Assembly (NCBI GenBank): GCA_011389935.1
Contig: JAABTJ010000010.1
Span: 929-64,928 of the forward strand
Reading direction: 5' to 3'
Length of the DNA: 64,000 nucleotides
Source: Desulfobacteraceae bacterium
GTDB taxonomy: Bacteria > Desulfobacterota > Desulfobacteria > Desulfobacterales > Desulfosalsimonadaceae
Shown: positions 37,175-47,125 of the stretch, in pieces
Position numbering within the stretch: position 1 is the first letter of the stretch
How the letters are laid out: each line of letters starts with the position of its first letter
Program-made: the position numbers and the translations under genes
Notes under the pieces: model-generated
The model's database searches: none
What the model saw: only the letters and a program-made list of their open reading frames with translations
Told to the model about the DNA's origin: nothing

Positions 37175-39817
37175 ATGTCACTGTTGAAACGACCCATGCC
37201 GAAAAAAACCCCTTTGGAAATACGTGATGAACCGGAAAAACGGGCCGATGAACGGCCGTTTTTCAGCTATATCCCTGAAAAAAAAGGTTTTTTTCTTGAC
37301 CTTCTTCTCAAGGCCCTTTTTTTCCGGATCAAGCTCGACCTTGAGTTTACAAAAACCCTTAAAAAAATTGAAAAATCAGGCATAGTCATATTTGTCAACA
37401 AGTACAAAAGCACCTTTGACATTCTGTTTTACCACACCCGGCTCCGCCACGAAAAGCTGCCCTACCCTGTTGTCGGTTTTGATTACCGGTTTGTTTTCTT
37501 ACAGCCGCTGCGCCGCATAATCAAGGGCGCCCTCTTTTATGTCCGCCATCTGTATAAATACCGAAGGCTGCCAAGTCCGTATGCCACCCATTTTTACAAA
37601 AACTGCCTCATAAGCGGCCAATCCGGAATGGTTTCGCTTATCGAGGAAAAAGGATTTTACCGGCGCCTGGTTCAATCGAGAACCGACCCTGTCGATTACC
37701 TTATCGAAATGCAGAAAACCATAAATGAGCCGGTTTATCTCGTACCCCAGATTATCCTGTACGACAAAACGCCCCCCTCGAAACACCTTTCCATGACCGA
37801 CCTCTTGTTCGGCACAAAGGAACGTCCGGGCAGGATCCGGCGGCTGTATATGATCCTGAAAAACCCGAAAAAAATCGTCATTGAGGCGGCCGAACCGCTG
37901 AATCTGAGGGAATACCTGCAACGGTCCGATATCCGTGAGCTCAGCCATAAAAACCAGGTCGCTTCCCTTCGCCGGCACCTGCTGGAGCAAATCAACCGGC
38001 AGCGTCAATCCATCACCGGCCCGGCCTTGAAATCCAGGGACGAAATCATCGAAGAGGTTCTGACCCATTCAGAAATGCAGAAAACGATCGTTTCCTACGC
38101 CGCCGAGAACCAGAAGCCGGTTCATGCAGCCCAGAAGGAGGCAGCAGGACAACTGGACGAAATTGCATCCAACTACAACCAGAAAATCATCCGTCTGTTC
38201 GACATCGTTCTGGGATGGACCATGAAAATGCTGTTCGATGGCATGGTCATCGACTTTGACGGCTTGAACCGCGTCAAGCAGCAGTCGAAAAACGGGCCCA
38301 TCATATTGGTTCCCTGCCATAAGAGCCACCTGGACTATCTCATTCTTTCATACGTATTTTATCACAACAATATGCCGCCCCCCCATATCGCCGCCGGCAA
38401 AAATCTCTCCTTCTGGCCGCTTGGCCCCATCTTCCGGGGAGGGGGGGCCTTTTTTCTGCGGCGGTCCTTTAAAGGGGATCCGCTGTACCCGAAAATCTTT
38501 TCCGCGTACATATATAAAATACTCGATGAAGGCTTCCAGGTGGAATTTTTCATCGAGGGGGGGCGGAGCCGTACGGGAAAGCTGCTGGCGCCGAAAATCG
38601 GTTTCCTCCAGCTCCTGTGGGAAGCGTTTCTGAAAAGCAACTGGAACGACATGTGTTTTGTTCCGGTTTATATCGGGTATGACCGGGTTCTCGAGGAAAA
38701 GGCATATATTCACGAACTCGGCGGCGGGAAAAAGACGCCGGAAAACCTGAAAAACATATTCAAAGCCAGGAAATTATTACGGAAAAAATATGGAAAAATA
38801 TACATCAACTTTGAAAACCCCTTTTCGCTGAAAGAGTATCTGCATCGGATGGACATCGATTTTTCAAAACTCTCCCGGGACGAACAGAAAGAAACATGCT
38901 ACCGGTATGGGGAAAAAATCGTCAGCGCCATCAACAGCCAATCCGTGATTACGCCCTATGCCATTGTCGCCGGGGCCCTGCTCAACTGCTCCCGCAAAAG
39001 GATTTACTATAAGCAGCTGATGGAAACCCTGGAAACATACATGAATTACCTCGTAAACCGGCGGACAAAACTTGCGGATACCCTTTTTATCGACCGGCAA
39101 AGCACCATCGACTATGTGATGGAAACCTTTGTCGCAAACAAGTATATTGACCGGAGCGCGCCCCACAAAAACGCGTTTCCTCCGCCGAATCCGATCATCA
39201 AGGTGCACGACAGCAAGCGCCCCCACCTGGAATTTTATAAAAACAACGGGGTTATCCATTTCATACCAGGGGCGTATACCGCCCTGGGCATCCTGGCACT
39301 CGACGCTTTTCAATTCCAGGCGTCCGCCGTTCACTCCCACTACGCCTTTTTACGGGATTATTTCCAGCTTGAATTTGTCTTCGACCCCGACGACGCCATT
39401 GAAACGGCCGTCCGGAAAAATATCAAGGCCTTTATCGACGACGCGATACTGATGCCGCATTCCGTGATGCCCGACACCTACAACCTCACGTCATCCGGCT
39501 ACCGAAAACTGCAGCTTTTCGCTGAATTTCTGGCCCCCTATTTCGATTCATACTGGGTGGTTTTGAATTTTTTCATCCGCTATACCAACAAGTCCATATT
39601 TGATATCAAGGATCCCATTAAGAAAATCCAGAACATGGGCACCCGCATGTACAAGCGCCAGGAAATCACCAGGGCCGAGGGGCTCTCCAGGATCAACTAC
39701 AAAAACGGCGTGTCTTTTTTCACCCAGCACGGCCTGATAAACCCCGAAACCGACAGGGAAAAACTGGACTATTTCGTCGAAAAAACGCAGCTTTACATGC
39801 ATCTTTTGGCGCACTGA
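37175..39817 (+). CDS. plsB: Glycerol-3-phosphate acyltransferase PlsB
   Basis: Start at MSLLKRP (ATG at 37175). HxxxxD motif VPCHKSHLDYL, then GGAFFLRRSF and FFIEGGRSRTGK, the GPAT blocks. Confidence 0.88.
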   Translation: MSLLKRPMPKKTPLEIRDEPEKRADERPFFSYIPEKKGFFLDLLLKALFFRIKLDLEFTKTLKKIEKSGIVIFVNKYKSTFDILFYHTRLRHEKLPYPVVGFDYRFVFLQPLRRIIKGALFYVRHLYKYRRLPSPYATHFYKNCLISGQSGMVSLIEEKGFYRRLVQSRTDPVDYLIEMQKTINEPVYLVPQIILYDKTPPSKHLSMTDLLFGTKERPGRIRRLYMILKNPKKIVIEAAEPLNLREYLQRSDIRELSHKNQVASLRRHLLEQINRQRQSITGPALKSRDEIIEEVLTHSEMQKTIVSYAAENQKPVHAAQKEAAGQLDEIASNYNQKIIRLFDIVLGWTMKMLFDGMVIDFDGLNRVKQQSKNGPIILVPCHKSHLDYLILSYVFYHNNMPPPHIAAGKNLSFWPLGPIFRGGGAFFLRRSFKGDPLYPKIFSAYIYKILDEGFQVEFFIEGGRSRTGKLLAPKIGFLQLLWEAFLKSNWNDMCFVPVYIGYDRVLEEKAYIHELGGGKKTPENLKNIFKARKLLRKKYGKIYINFENPFSLKEYLHRMDIDFSKLSRDEQKETCYRYGEKIVSAINSQSVITPYAIVAGALLNCSRKRIYYKQLMETLETYMNYLVNRRTKLADTLFIDRQSTIDYVMETFVANKYIDRSAPHKNAFPPPNPIIKVHDSKRPHLEFYKNNGVIHFIPGAYTALGILALDAFQFQASAVHSHYAFLRDYFQLEFVFDPDDAIETAVRKNIKAFIDDAILMPHSVMPDTYNLTSSGYRKLQLFAEFLAPYFDSYWVVLNFFIRYTNKSIFDIKDPIKKIQNMGTRMYKRQEITRAEGLSRINYKNGVSFFTQHGLINPETDREKLDYFVEKTQLYMHLLAH

Positions 39818-39913
39818 CCAAAGCCCCATGTACGCGCGAAGGCTCTATCAATAAAGGGGAGCACGGAGCACGGTAATGGGCCGGATGGATTGCGAGGACA
39901 AACGAAACGCAGT

Positions 39914-41677
39914 ATGAAAGCACTTGTATTATCAGCCGGATTCGGCACCCGCCTGAAGCCGTACACCCTTGAGGTGCCCAAACCGCTGTTTCCCGTCGGC
40001 GGCCGCCCGATACTCGATATCATCATAAAACGGCTCATCCGGGCCGGCGTAACCGGCGTCGCGGTCAATACCCACTACATGGCGGACAAGATCGAATTTT
40101 TCTTGCAGCAGCAGCGCTACGGCATCGATATGGTTATCCGCTACGAACCGATCCTCCTTGGAACAGGCGGAGCGGTCGGCAATTTTTCGGATTTTTTTAC
40201 GGACGGCCCCTTTATCGTTATCAACAGCGACGTGCTGACCGATATTGACATGCGCAGCGTCCACGACGCGCACGTGGCCCGCAAATACCCCGTATCCCTT
40301 GTAATGCACGATTATCCCCTGTTCAACAAGGTATCGGTAAACCCGGACGGATCGATCCGCGGGTTTTCCGGCAAAGGGGGAAACGGTCATACACTGCTTG
40401 CATTTACGGGCATATCCGTCATTGACCCTTCGATATACCGGTATATCGAGCCGGGGGAAGCCTGCTGCATCCTCGATATTTACCGGCGAATGATCCGTGC
40501 CGGCGAAAAAATCGCTGCCCACAGCGTCTCCGGCCATTACTGGAACGATTTGGGGACGCCGGAAAGATTCCGGGACGCCGTGGTGGAGTATATGGCACCG
40601 ACAGTCTTTGAAACCGCCTGCAAAAAGCCTCTCACGAGCGGCTTCCGGAAAAATAAACTGGCCGGGGACGGCTCTGACCGGAAATGGTACCGGATCACGG
40701 CCGGGGAATTGACCCTCATCATGGCGGATCACGGCATCCATCCCGGTCCGTCCACGGCCCAGGTGGACGCTTTTGTGGCAATCGGTCGGCATCTGCATGA
40801 AAAAAAGGTTCCGGTGCCGGAAATCTACGATTACGACCGGTTTTCCGGCCTTGTTTTTCTGCAGGACCTGGGGGATACCCTTTTGCAGGAGATTGTTTCC
40901 AGCCATGCGGATCCCGAAGAAACCATTGCCCATTACCGGCGCATCATTGACATTCTCATTGAAATCTCGGTTTCCGGAAAAAACGGTTTTGATCCGGCCT
41001 GGGCGTACGAGGGGCCCCGCTATGACCGGAGGATGATTATCGAAAAGGAATGCCGGTATTTTACGGACTGCTTTGTAAAAGGATATCTTGGCCTTCCGGA
41101 TCCTTCGGTGCCACGCCTTGCAGGGCCGTTCGGGCACCTGGCCGACGCCATTATGGCCAACGCTTATACCGGCCTGATGCACCGCGACTTCCAGTCCAGA
41201 AACATCATGGTAAAAGGGGGCCGCCATTACATCATCGATTTTCAGGGGGCGAGGCTTGGCCCCATACAATATGATCTGGCCTCCCTGCTGACGGACCCCT
41301 ATGTGGATCTGAACCGTGACGTCCGGGAATCCCTGCTTGCCTATGCGGCCAATGCCATGGAAATCCGCATCGGCCGCAAACGGATGGATCGTTCCCGGTT
41401 CGTCAGGGGATACCGATACTGCTGCATATCGCGCCTTATGCAGGCCCTCGGGGCATATGGGTTTCTCAGCCGGGTCAAAAAGAAACCCTGGTTTGAAAAA
41501 TATATTCCACCGGCGCTTGCCGGACTGTTATTCGAGCTTGAAGCGCTGCCTGATACCTGCGACGATACAAGCCTCTCCAGGCTTGCCGAAACCGTATCCG
41601 CCGCAATGATCCGGCTGCAGTCAAATATCGCGGCCGACGAACCCGGCGGAAGCGAAATTCACCGGGAAACCCGTTGA
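39914..41677 (+). CDS. Bifunctional fusion: sugar-1-phosphate nucleotidyltransferase (MurU-like) plus aminoglycoside-phosphotransferase-fold sugar kinase (AmgK-like)
   Basis: N-terminus MKALVLSAGFGTRLKP (G-x-G-T-R nucleotidyltransferase motif). C-terminal half has the kinase catalytic loop HRDFQSRNIMV and IIDFQGA. Confidence 0.8.
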   Translation: MKALVLSAGFGTRLKPYTLEVPKPLFPVGGRPILDIIIKRLIRAGVTGVAVNTHYMADKIEFFLQQQRYGIDMVIRYEPILLGTGGAVGNFSDFFTDGPFIVINSDVLTDIDMRSVHDAHVARKYPVSLVMHDYPLFNKVSVNPDGSIRGFSGKGGNGHTLLAFTGISVIDPSIYRYIEPGEACCILDIYRRMIRAGEKIAAHSVSGHYWNDLGTPERFRDAVVEYMAPTVFETACKKPLTSGFRKNKLAGDGSDRKWYRITAGELTLIMADHGIHPGPSTAQVDAFVAIGRHLHEKKVPVPEIYDYDRFSGLVFLQDLGDTLLQEIVSSHADPEETIAHYRRIIDILIEISVSGKNGFDPAWAYEGPRYDRRMIIEKECRYFTDCFVKGYLGLPDPSVPRLAGPFGHLADAIMANAYTGLMHRDFQSRNIMVKGGRHYIIDFQGARLGPIQYDLASLLTDPYVDLNRDVRESLLAYAANAMEIRIGRKRMDRSRFVRGYRYCCISRLMQALGAYGFLSRVKKKPWFEKYIPPALAGLLFELEALPDTCDDTSLSRLAETVSAAMIRLQSNIAADEPGGSEIHRETR

Positions 41678-41706
41678 ACCGAACGACACATGAAAAGGAA
41701 ATACCC

Positions 41707-42534
41707 ATGGCTGCACAAAAAATAATGATCAATGGTCTCCCCGGAAACGTCGCGAAAATGCTCGTTTCCAACGTCATTTCGGACGACCGGTTCGAACTGG
41801 TGGAATACTCCCTCACCGGCCCGGAAATAACCGATGAGGTCTGCCTTGCAGCGGAGCGCTCCATTGCCCTGGTAACGCCTGAAAACCGGGATACGGCCAT
41901 AAAAGAAATCCGGCAGGCGGCCGGGAATTTCATATCCATCGATTTCACGCACCCCGCTGCGGTAAACGAAAATGCTTCCTTTTACTGCAGACACGGCCTT
42001 CCCTTTGTCATGGGCACGACCGGGGGGGACCGGGAGGCGCTGCTGCAAACCGTGGCGTCATCTTCCATATCCGCGGTCATTGCCCCCAACATGGCAAAAC
42101 AGATCGTGGGATTCCAGGCCATGATGGCATATGCGGCGGAAAATTTCCCCGGCCTTTTCTCCGGATACAGCCTCGACATCAAAGAAAGCCACCAGGCAGC
42201 CAAGGCGGATACCAGCGGCACCGCCAAGGCCATGGTCAGATATTTCAACCGGCTGGGGATCGATTTCAGGGAATCGGAGATCGTCAAAATCCGCAACCCG
42301 GAAGAACAGAAATCCATGGGGGTCCCCCAAGCGCATCTCAACGGGCACGGGTGGCACACCTATACCCTGGTTTCCCCGGACAAAAATGCCACCTTCCAGT
42401 TCGTCCACAATATCAACGGCCGTGACATCTATGCCCAGGGGACATTTGACGCCGTATTGTTTTTATCGGAAAAAATCCGTCGCGGCGAAACAGGCCGGGC
42501 ATATTCAATGATCGACGTTTTAAAAGGCGTGTAA
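41707..42534 (+). CDS. dapB: 4-hydroxy-tetrahydrodipicolinate reductase, plant/type-2 DapB-like
   Basis: Start at MAAQKIMINGLPG. Contains DFTHP..., VMGTTGG and ESHQAAKADTSGTA, characteristic of the DapB family. Confidence 0.75.
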   Translation: MAAQKIMINGLPGNVAKMLVSNVISDDRFELVEYSLTGPEITDEVCLAAERSIALVTPENRDTAIKEIRQAAGNFISIDFTHPAAVNENASFYCRHGLPFVMGTTGGDREALLQTVASSSISAVIAPNMAKQIVGFQAMMAYAAENFPGLFSGYSLDIKESHQAAKADTSGTAKAMVRYFNRLGIDFRESEIVKIRNPEEQKSMGVPQAHLNGHGWHTYTLVSPDKNATFQFVHNINGRDIYAQGTFDAVLFLSEKIRRGETGRAYSMIDVLKGV

Positions 42535-42543
42535 GGCGGGCGA

Positions 42544-44367
42544 ATGCATCGTTTTTCCATCATTTTTGCATTGTTTCTTGCAGCAGGCATTTCTCTCGGC
42601 GCATTTTCCGACGCCGGTGCAAAACAGGTCTTTCCGGACAGCGGGTGGAAAGACAGCCCCGACCCCCTTGCCAGCACGGAAGCGCGCCCCGGCGGCGAGA
42701 TCGTCGTATTCGGCGGGCAGTACCCCAAAAGCCTGAACTATTACCTGGACCGGAATGTCCTTTCATCGGAGATCTTCGGGGTAATGTTCGAGTCGCTTTT
42801 GGGGATCAATCCCGTCACGCTGGACTACGAGCCGGCCATCGCCAGCTCCTGGTCGATTTCCCGGGACAAGACCACGTATACATTCCATATCGATGAAGAT
42901 GCCCGCTGGAGCGACGGAAAGCCGATTACGGCAGAAGACGTCAAGTGGACCTATGACGCCGTCATGGATCCGCAGAACATGACGGGGCCGCACAAGATAA
43001 ACCTGGAGCGGTTTCATCCGCCGGAAGTGATTGACGAGCGGACCATCCGTTTTGAAGCCAAGGATGTGCACTGGAAAAACCTGCTTGCCCTGGGGGGATT
43101 TTCCATTCTGCCTGCCCATGCTTACGCGGGTATGGATTTCAACCGGCTCGTATTCGAGTTTCCGGTTGTCTCGGGTCCGTATCGGCCGGGGCGCATCAAT
43201 GAAGGCAACGCCATATCCTTTGAACGCAGGAGAGACTGGTGGCAAAACGACCGCCTCCGCTACCGGAACAAATTTAATTTTGACACGGTCACTTTCCGGT
43301 TTTTCGCAGAGCGGGTCAATGCCTTCGAGGCATTCAAAAAGGGGCGCATCGATCTCTTCCCCGTCTATACCTCGCGCATCTGGGTCAATGAAACCACGGG
43401 CAGTGCGTTTTTCCAGAATCATATTGTCAAGCAGCGGATCTACAACAAGCAGCCCATCGGTTTCCAGGGATTCGCCATGAACATGCGTCGGTTTCCCTTC
43501 GACGACCAGCGGGTGCGCAAGGCCATGGCCCTTCTCCTCGACCGGGAAAAAATGAACCGGACGATCATGTACAACCAGTATTTCCTGCACAGGTCCTACT
43601 TTGAAGACCTGTATTCCCCGGACAACCCGTGCCCCAATCCCTTCGTGAAAAAAGACGGCCGCGAGGCCAGGAAGCTGCTTGCCGACGCCGGATGGAAGGC
43701 CAATCCGGAAACCGGGTATCTGGAAAAAGACGGCCGGCGATTGGCCTTCAAGTTTCTCACCAGGGATGCCGGCTCCGGCAAATTTCTCGCCATTTATGCA
43801 GAAGACCTGAAAGACGCGGGCATTGAAATGGAGGTTGACCAGAAGGACTGGTCTGCATGGGCCAGGGACATGGAAGAATTCAACTACGACATGACGTGGG
43901 CGGCATGGAGCTCGGGCATATTCAAGGATCCGGAAAGCATGTGGTCATCCGAAGAGGCCGACCGGGACGGCGGATCGAACATAACCGGGTATAAGAACCC
44001 GGCGGTCGACCGGCGCATTGAACAGCAGAAAACCCTTTTCGATGTGGCAAAGAGAAACAGTCTCTACAGGGAAATGGACCGGATCATCTTTGAAGCCTAT
44101 CCGTACGCGCTCTTGTGGAATATCGACTACATACGCCTGCTCTACTGGAACAAGTTCGGCACCCCCGATACGGTATTGTCCAAATACGGGGGGGAAAACA
44201 GTGCGCTCTGGTACTGGTGGTCCGACCCGGATGCCAGCGACGCCCTTTCGGACGCGGTCGCCATGGATCTTCCCCTCCCGCCCCGGGAAATGAACATCCA
44301 TTTTGATGAAATCTTTTCGGGCCAGGGCACGGAGCCCCCTACCCCTGCGGGCAGGGATGCACATTAA
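42544..44367 (+). CDS. ABC transporter substrate-binding protein, family 5 (peptide/YejA-like); orphan
   Basis: 607 aa. Signal peptide MHRFSIIFALFLAAGISLGAFSDAGA. SBP_bac_5-like core. No permease or ATPase genes adjacent. Confidence 0.8.
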   Translation: MHRFSIIFALFLAAGISLGAFSDAGAKQVFPDSGWKDSPDPLASTEARPGGEIVVFGGQYPKSLNYYLDRNVLSSEIFGVMFESLLGINPVTLDYEPAIASSWSISRDKTTYTFHIDEDARWSDGKPITAEDVKWTYDAVMDPQNMTGPHKINLERFHPPEVIDERTIRFEAKDVHWKNLLALGGFSILPAHAYAGMDFNRLVFEFPVVSGPYRPGRINEGNAISFERRRDWWQNDRLRYRNKFNFDTVTFRFFAERVNAFEAFKKGRIDLFPVYTSRIWVNETTGSAFFQNHIVKQRIYNKQPIGFQGFAMNMRRFPFDDQRVRKAMALLLDREKMNRTIMYNQYFLHRSYFEDLYSPDNPCPNPFVKKDGREARKLLADAGWKANPETGYLEKDGRRLAFKFLTRDAGSGKFLAIYAEDLKDAGIEMEVDQKDWSAWARDMEEFNYDMTWAAWSSGIFKDPESMWSSEEADRDGGSNITGYKNPAVDRRIEQQKTLFDVAKRNSLYREMDRIIFEAYPYALLWNIDYIRLLYWNKFGTPDTVLSKYGGENSALWYWWSDPDASDALSDAVAMDLPLPPREMNIHFDEIFSGQGTEPPTPAGRDAH

Positions 44368-47000
44368 CCCGCTGCCCGGCGGATAACTTCCAGGGCTTTT
44401 TCCATGGCGCTGTCCAGTTTTTCAGGATTCGACCCGCCCGCCTGGGCCATGTCCGGGCGTCCGCCGCCGCCGCCGCCTACTTCCGCAGCGACTTCACGGA
44501 TGATATTTCCCGCGTGGAAACGGTCGGTAAGATCCTTTGTCACCGTTACCACGAGCATGGCCTTTTCGCCGCTCGGCGCCCCGAGCACGACAATCCCGGA
44601 TGTGAGATTGTCCCGGAACCGGTCGGCCAGATTCCTTAGTGCACCCGGATTGTCCGCGGAAACGGTCTTTGCGATGACCTTTACACCGTTGACCGAATGG
44701 ATATCATCCCCCATTTGACCGGCCGATGCCGATGCCAGCTTCAGCTTCAGCTGCTCAACGGATTTTTCCAGGGATTTATGGTTGGCCAGCAGGGTTTCGA
44801 TACGACCCGCCAGCGCCTCAGGGCGATCCTTGAACAGTCGTGCAGCCTCGGCAAGCATCCTGTCCATGTTCTGGACATGGTTCAGCGCGGCTTCCCCCGT
44901 GATGGCTTCAATACGCCGGACCCCGGAGGCGATGCCGGTTTCAGAAAGGATCTTGAACAGCCCGATGTCTCCCGTCCTGTCCGTGTGGGTACCGCCGCAC
45001 AACTCCTTGCTGAACGATTCAAGGGAAACCACCCGGACCCGGTCGCCGTATTTTTCTTCAAAAAGGGCCGTGGCCCCGCTTTTAAAGGCCTCTTCGGCAT
45101 CCATTTCATGTGTTTCAACCGCGACGTTCTCCCGGATGCGCGCATTGACCAGCTGTTCGATGCGTTCGCGTTCATCCATGGAAACAGGGGAAAAGTGCGT
45201 AAAATCAAACCGCATGCGATCGGGCCCCACAAAAGAGCCGGCCTGCCGCACATGATCCCCCAGGACCGATCGCAGCGCATAATGCAGCAAATGGGTGGCG
45301 GTATGGTTGTTTGCCGTTGATTTTCTCTTTTTCTCATCTACGGCCAGGCGGACCTTCGCCCCCTTTGAAACAGTGCCGGAGGTGATCTTCCCCCGGTGTA
45401 TGATCAAACCGGTCGGGTCCTTGAACGTATCGGTAACGGCGATCTCAAATCCGTCTCCGGAAATGATCCCGCAATCCCCCACCTGTCCGCCCGATTCGGC
45501 GTAAAACGGCGTTTTCCCCGTCACCACCTCAACGTCTTGGCCGGCCTGCGCCTGCTCGACGCCGCTGCCGTCAACTACCACAAACAACAGCTCCGATTCG
45601 TCTTCAACATTGTGATGACCCGTGAATTCGGGCATCTGTGACGCAGATGCCGAAAACTCCCGGTAGGCGTCGCTGATACTGGAAAAGGCCGCAACGGATC
45701 GCGATTGTTCTCTTCGCTGCGCCATGGCCTGCTCAAAACCCGCCATATCGACGTCCAGGTCTTTTTCCCGCACGATGTCGGTAACAATATCTACCGGAAA
45801 CCCGAAGGTGTCATACAGCTTGAAAATCACATCCCCCGGTACGACCGAAATATTCCTGCTTTCCATATCCCGGAGGGTTTCCTCCAGCAGCTTGAGCCCG
45901 TTGTCCAGGGTTTCAAAAAACCGCACCTCCTCATTTTTGCACACGTTGGTGATAAACGCCGCTTCCTCGGCAAGCTCGGGATAGCCGTCCTTCATAATGT
46001 CGAAGACCGATTCCACCACCTTGTAGAGAAAGGGTTCGGTCAGGTTGAGGCTCCTGCCATAGCGGATGGCCCGGCGCAGGATACGCCGCAATACATACCC
46101 CCGCCCCTCGTTTGACGGCAGCACCCCGTCCCCGATCAAAAATGCGGCAGCCCGGCTGTGATCGGCGATGACCTTCATGGCCACATCGGTTTTCCGGCTG
46201 TCCTTTGCCTTGCGCCCGCAAAGCGATTCAACGGTCTTTATGATGGGGACAAACAGGTCGGTATCATAGTTGGTCGCAACGTTCTGGACCACCGAGGTGA
46301 TGCGCTCCAGCCCCATGCCGGTATCGATGCTCGGTTTCGGCAGGGGGTTCATGTTCCCGTCGGCATCTCTATTATACTGCATGAACACGAGATTCCAAAG
46401 CTCCAGGTACCGGTCGCACTCGCACCCCACCGCACACCCCGGCGTTTGACAGCCGGTTTCCTCGCCGCGGTCGATCAGAATTTCCGAGCAAGGCCCGCAT
46501 GGGCCGGTTTCCCCCATGGACCAGAAATTGTCCTTCTCCCCGAGGCGGACAATCCGGTCTTCGGGGACGCCGATCTGTCTCGCCCAGATGTCATGGGCTT
46601 CATCATCGTCCAGGTATATCGAAACCCACAGCTTTTCCGGCGGGAGCTTCATCTCGTTGATCAAAAAATCCCAGGCATAGCCAATGGCTTTTTCCTTGAA
46701 GTAATCGCCGAATGAAAAATTGCCCAGCATTTCAAAAAAGGTATGGTGCCGTGCCGTGTATCCAACATTTTCCAGGTCATTGTGCTTGCCGCCGGCGCGA
46801 AGGCATTTCTGCGATGTTGCCGCCCGTGAATAATCCCGCTTTTCCTCACCCAGAAAAATCCGCTTGAACTGGACCATACCGGCGTTGGTAAACAGGAGGG
46901 TCGGGTCGTCATGCGGCACCAGCGAGGAGCTTCGGACGATCTGGTGATCGTTGCCCCTGAAATATTCAAAGAACAATTTTCTGATTTCGTTTCCTGTCAT
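44364..47000 (-). CDS. alaS: Alanine--tRNA ligase
   Basis: Start at MTGNEIRKLFFEYF (ATG at 47000, GGAGGG RBS). Contains HHTFFEMLGNFSFGDYFK. C-terminal DHHA1-like region. Confidence 0.95.
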   Translation of the reverse strand: MTGNEIRKLFFEYFRGNDHQIVRSSSLVPHDDPTLLFTNAGMVQFKRIFLGEEKRDYSRAATSQKCLRAGGKHNDLENVGYTARHHTFFEMLGNFSFGDYFKEKAIGYAWDFLINEMKLPPEKLWVSIYLDDDEAHDIWARQIGVPEDRIVRLGEKDNFWSMGETGPCGPCSEILIDRGEETGCQTPGCAVGCECDRYLELWNLVFMQYNRDADGNMNPLPKPSIDTGMGLERITSVVQNVATNYDTDLFVPIIKTVESLCGRKAKDSRKTDVAMKVIADHSRAAAFLIGDGVLPSNEGRGYVLRRILRRAIRYGRSLNLTEPFLYKVVESVFDIMKDGYPELAEEAAFITNVCKNEEVRFFETLDNGLKLLEETLRDMESRNISVVPGDVIFKLYDTFGFPVDIVTDIVREKDLDVDMAGFEQAMAQRREQSRSVAAFSSISDAYREFSASASQMPEFTGHHNVEDESELLFVVVDGSGVEQAQAGQDVEVVTGKTPFYAESGGQVGDCGIISGDGFEIAVTDTFKDPTGLIIHRGKITSGTVSKGAKVRLAVDEKKRKSTANNHTATHLLHYALRSVLGDHVRQAGSFVGPDRMRFDFTHFSPVSMDERERIEQLVNARIRENVAVETHEMDAEEAFKSGATALFEEKYGDRVRVVSLESFSKELCGGTHTDRTGDIGLFKILSETGIASGVRRIEAITGEAALNHVQNMDRMLAEAARLFKDRPEALAGRIETLLANHKSLEKSVEQLKLKLASASAGQMGDDIHSVNGVKVIAKTVSADNPGALRNLADRFRDNLTSGIVVLGAPSGEKAMLVVTVTKDLTDRFHAGNIIREVAAEVGGGGGGRPDMAQAGGSNPEKLDSAMEKALEVIRRAAG

Positions 47001-47125
47001 TATCCCTCCACTGCTGAACAGGCACCGGCTTGCCGGGGGTCGCCAAAGCGACATTCCGCAACACCCGGTTTCATGCCGCACCAGTAATCCACCGTTTTAC
47101 AGCACGGTCCTTATCTGATCTGCCA

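Noticed and set aside
39932-41269. 445-aa minus-strand ORF
   Set aside because: Antisense shadow of the MurU-AmgK fusion gene, which carries clear catalytic motifs.
47001-47081. N-terminal extensions offered by the ORF track, such as alaS from 47081, plsB from 36995, rpsF from 24900 and dnaA from 34516
   Set aside because: The conserved protein N-termini begin at internal ATGs preceded by RBS-like sequences. The upstream codons encode non-conserved Arg/Cys-rich sequence.
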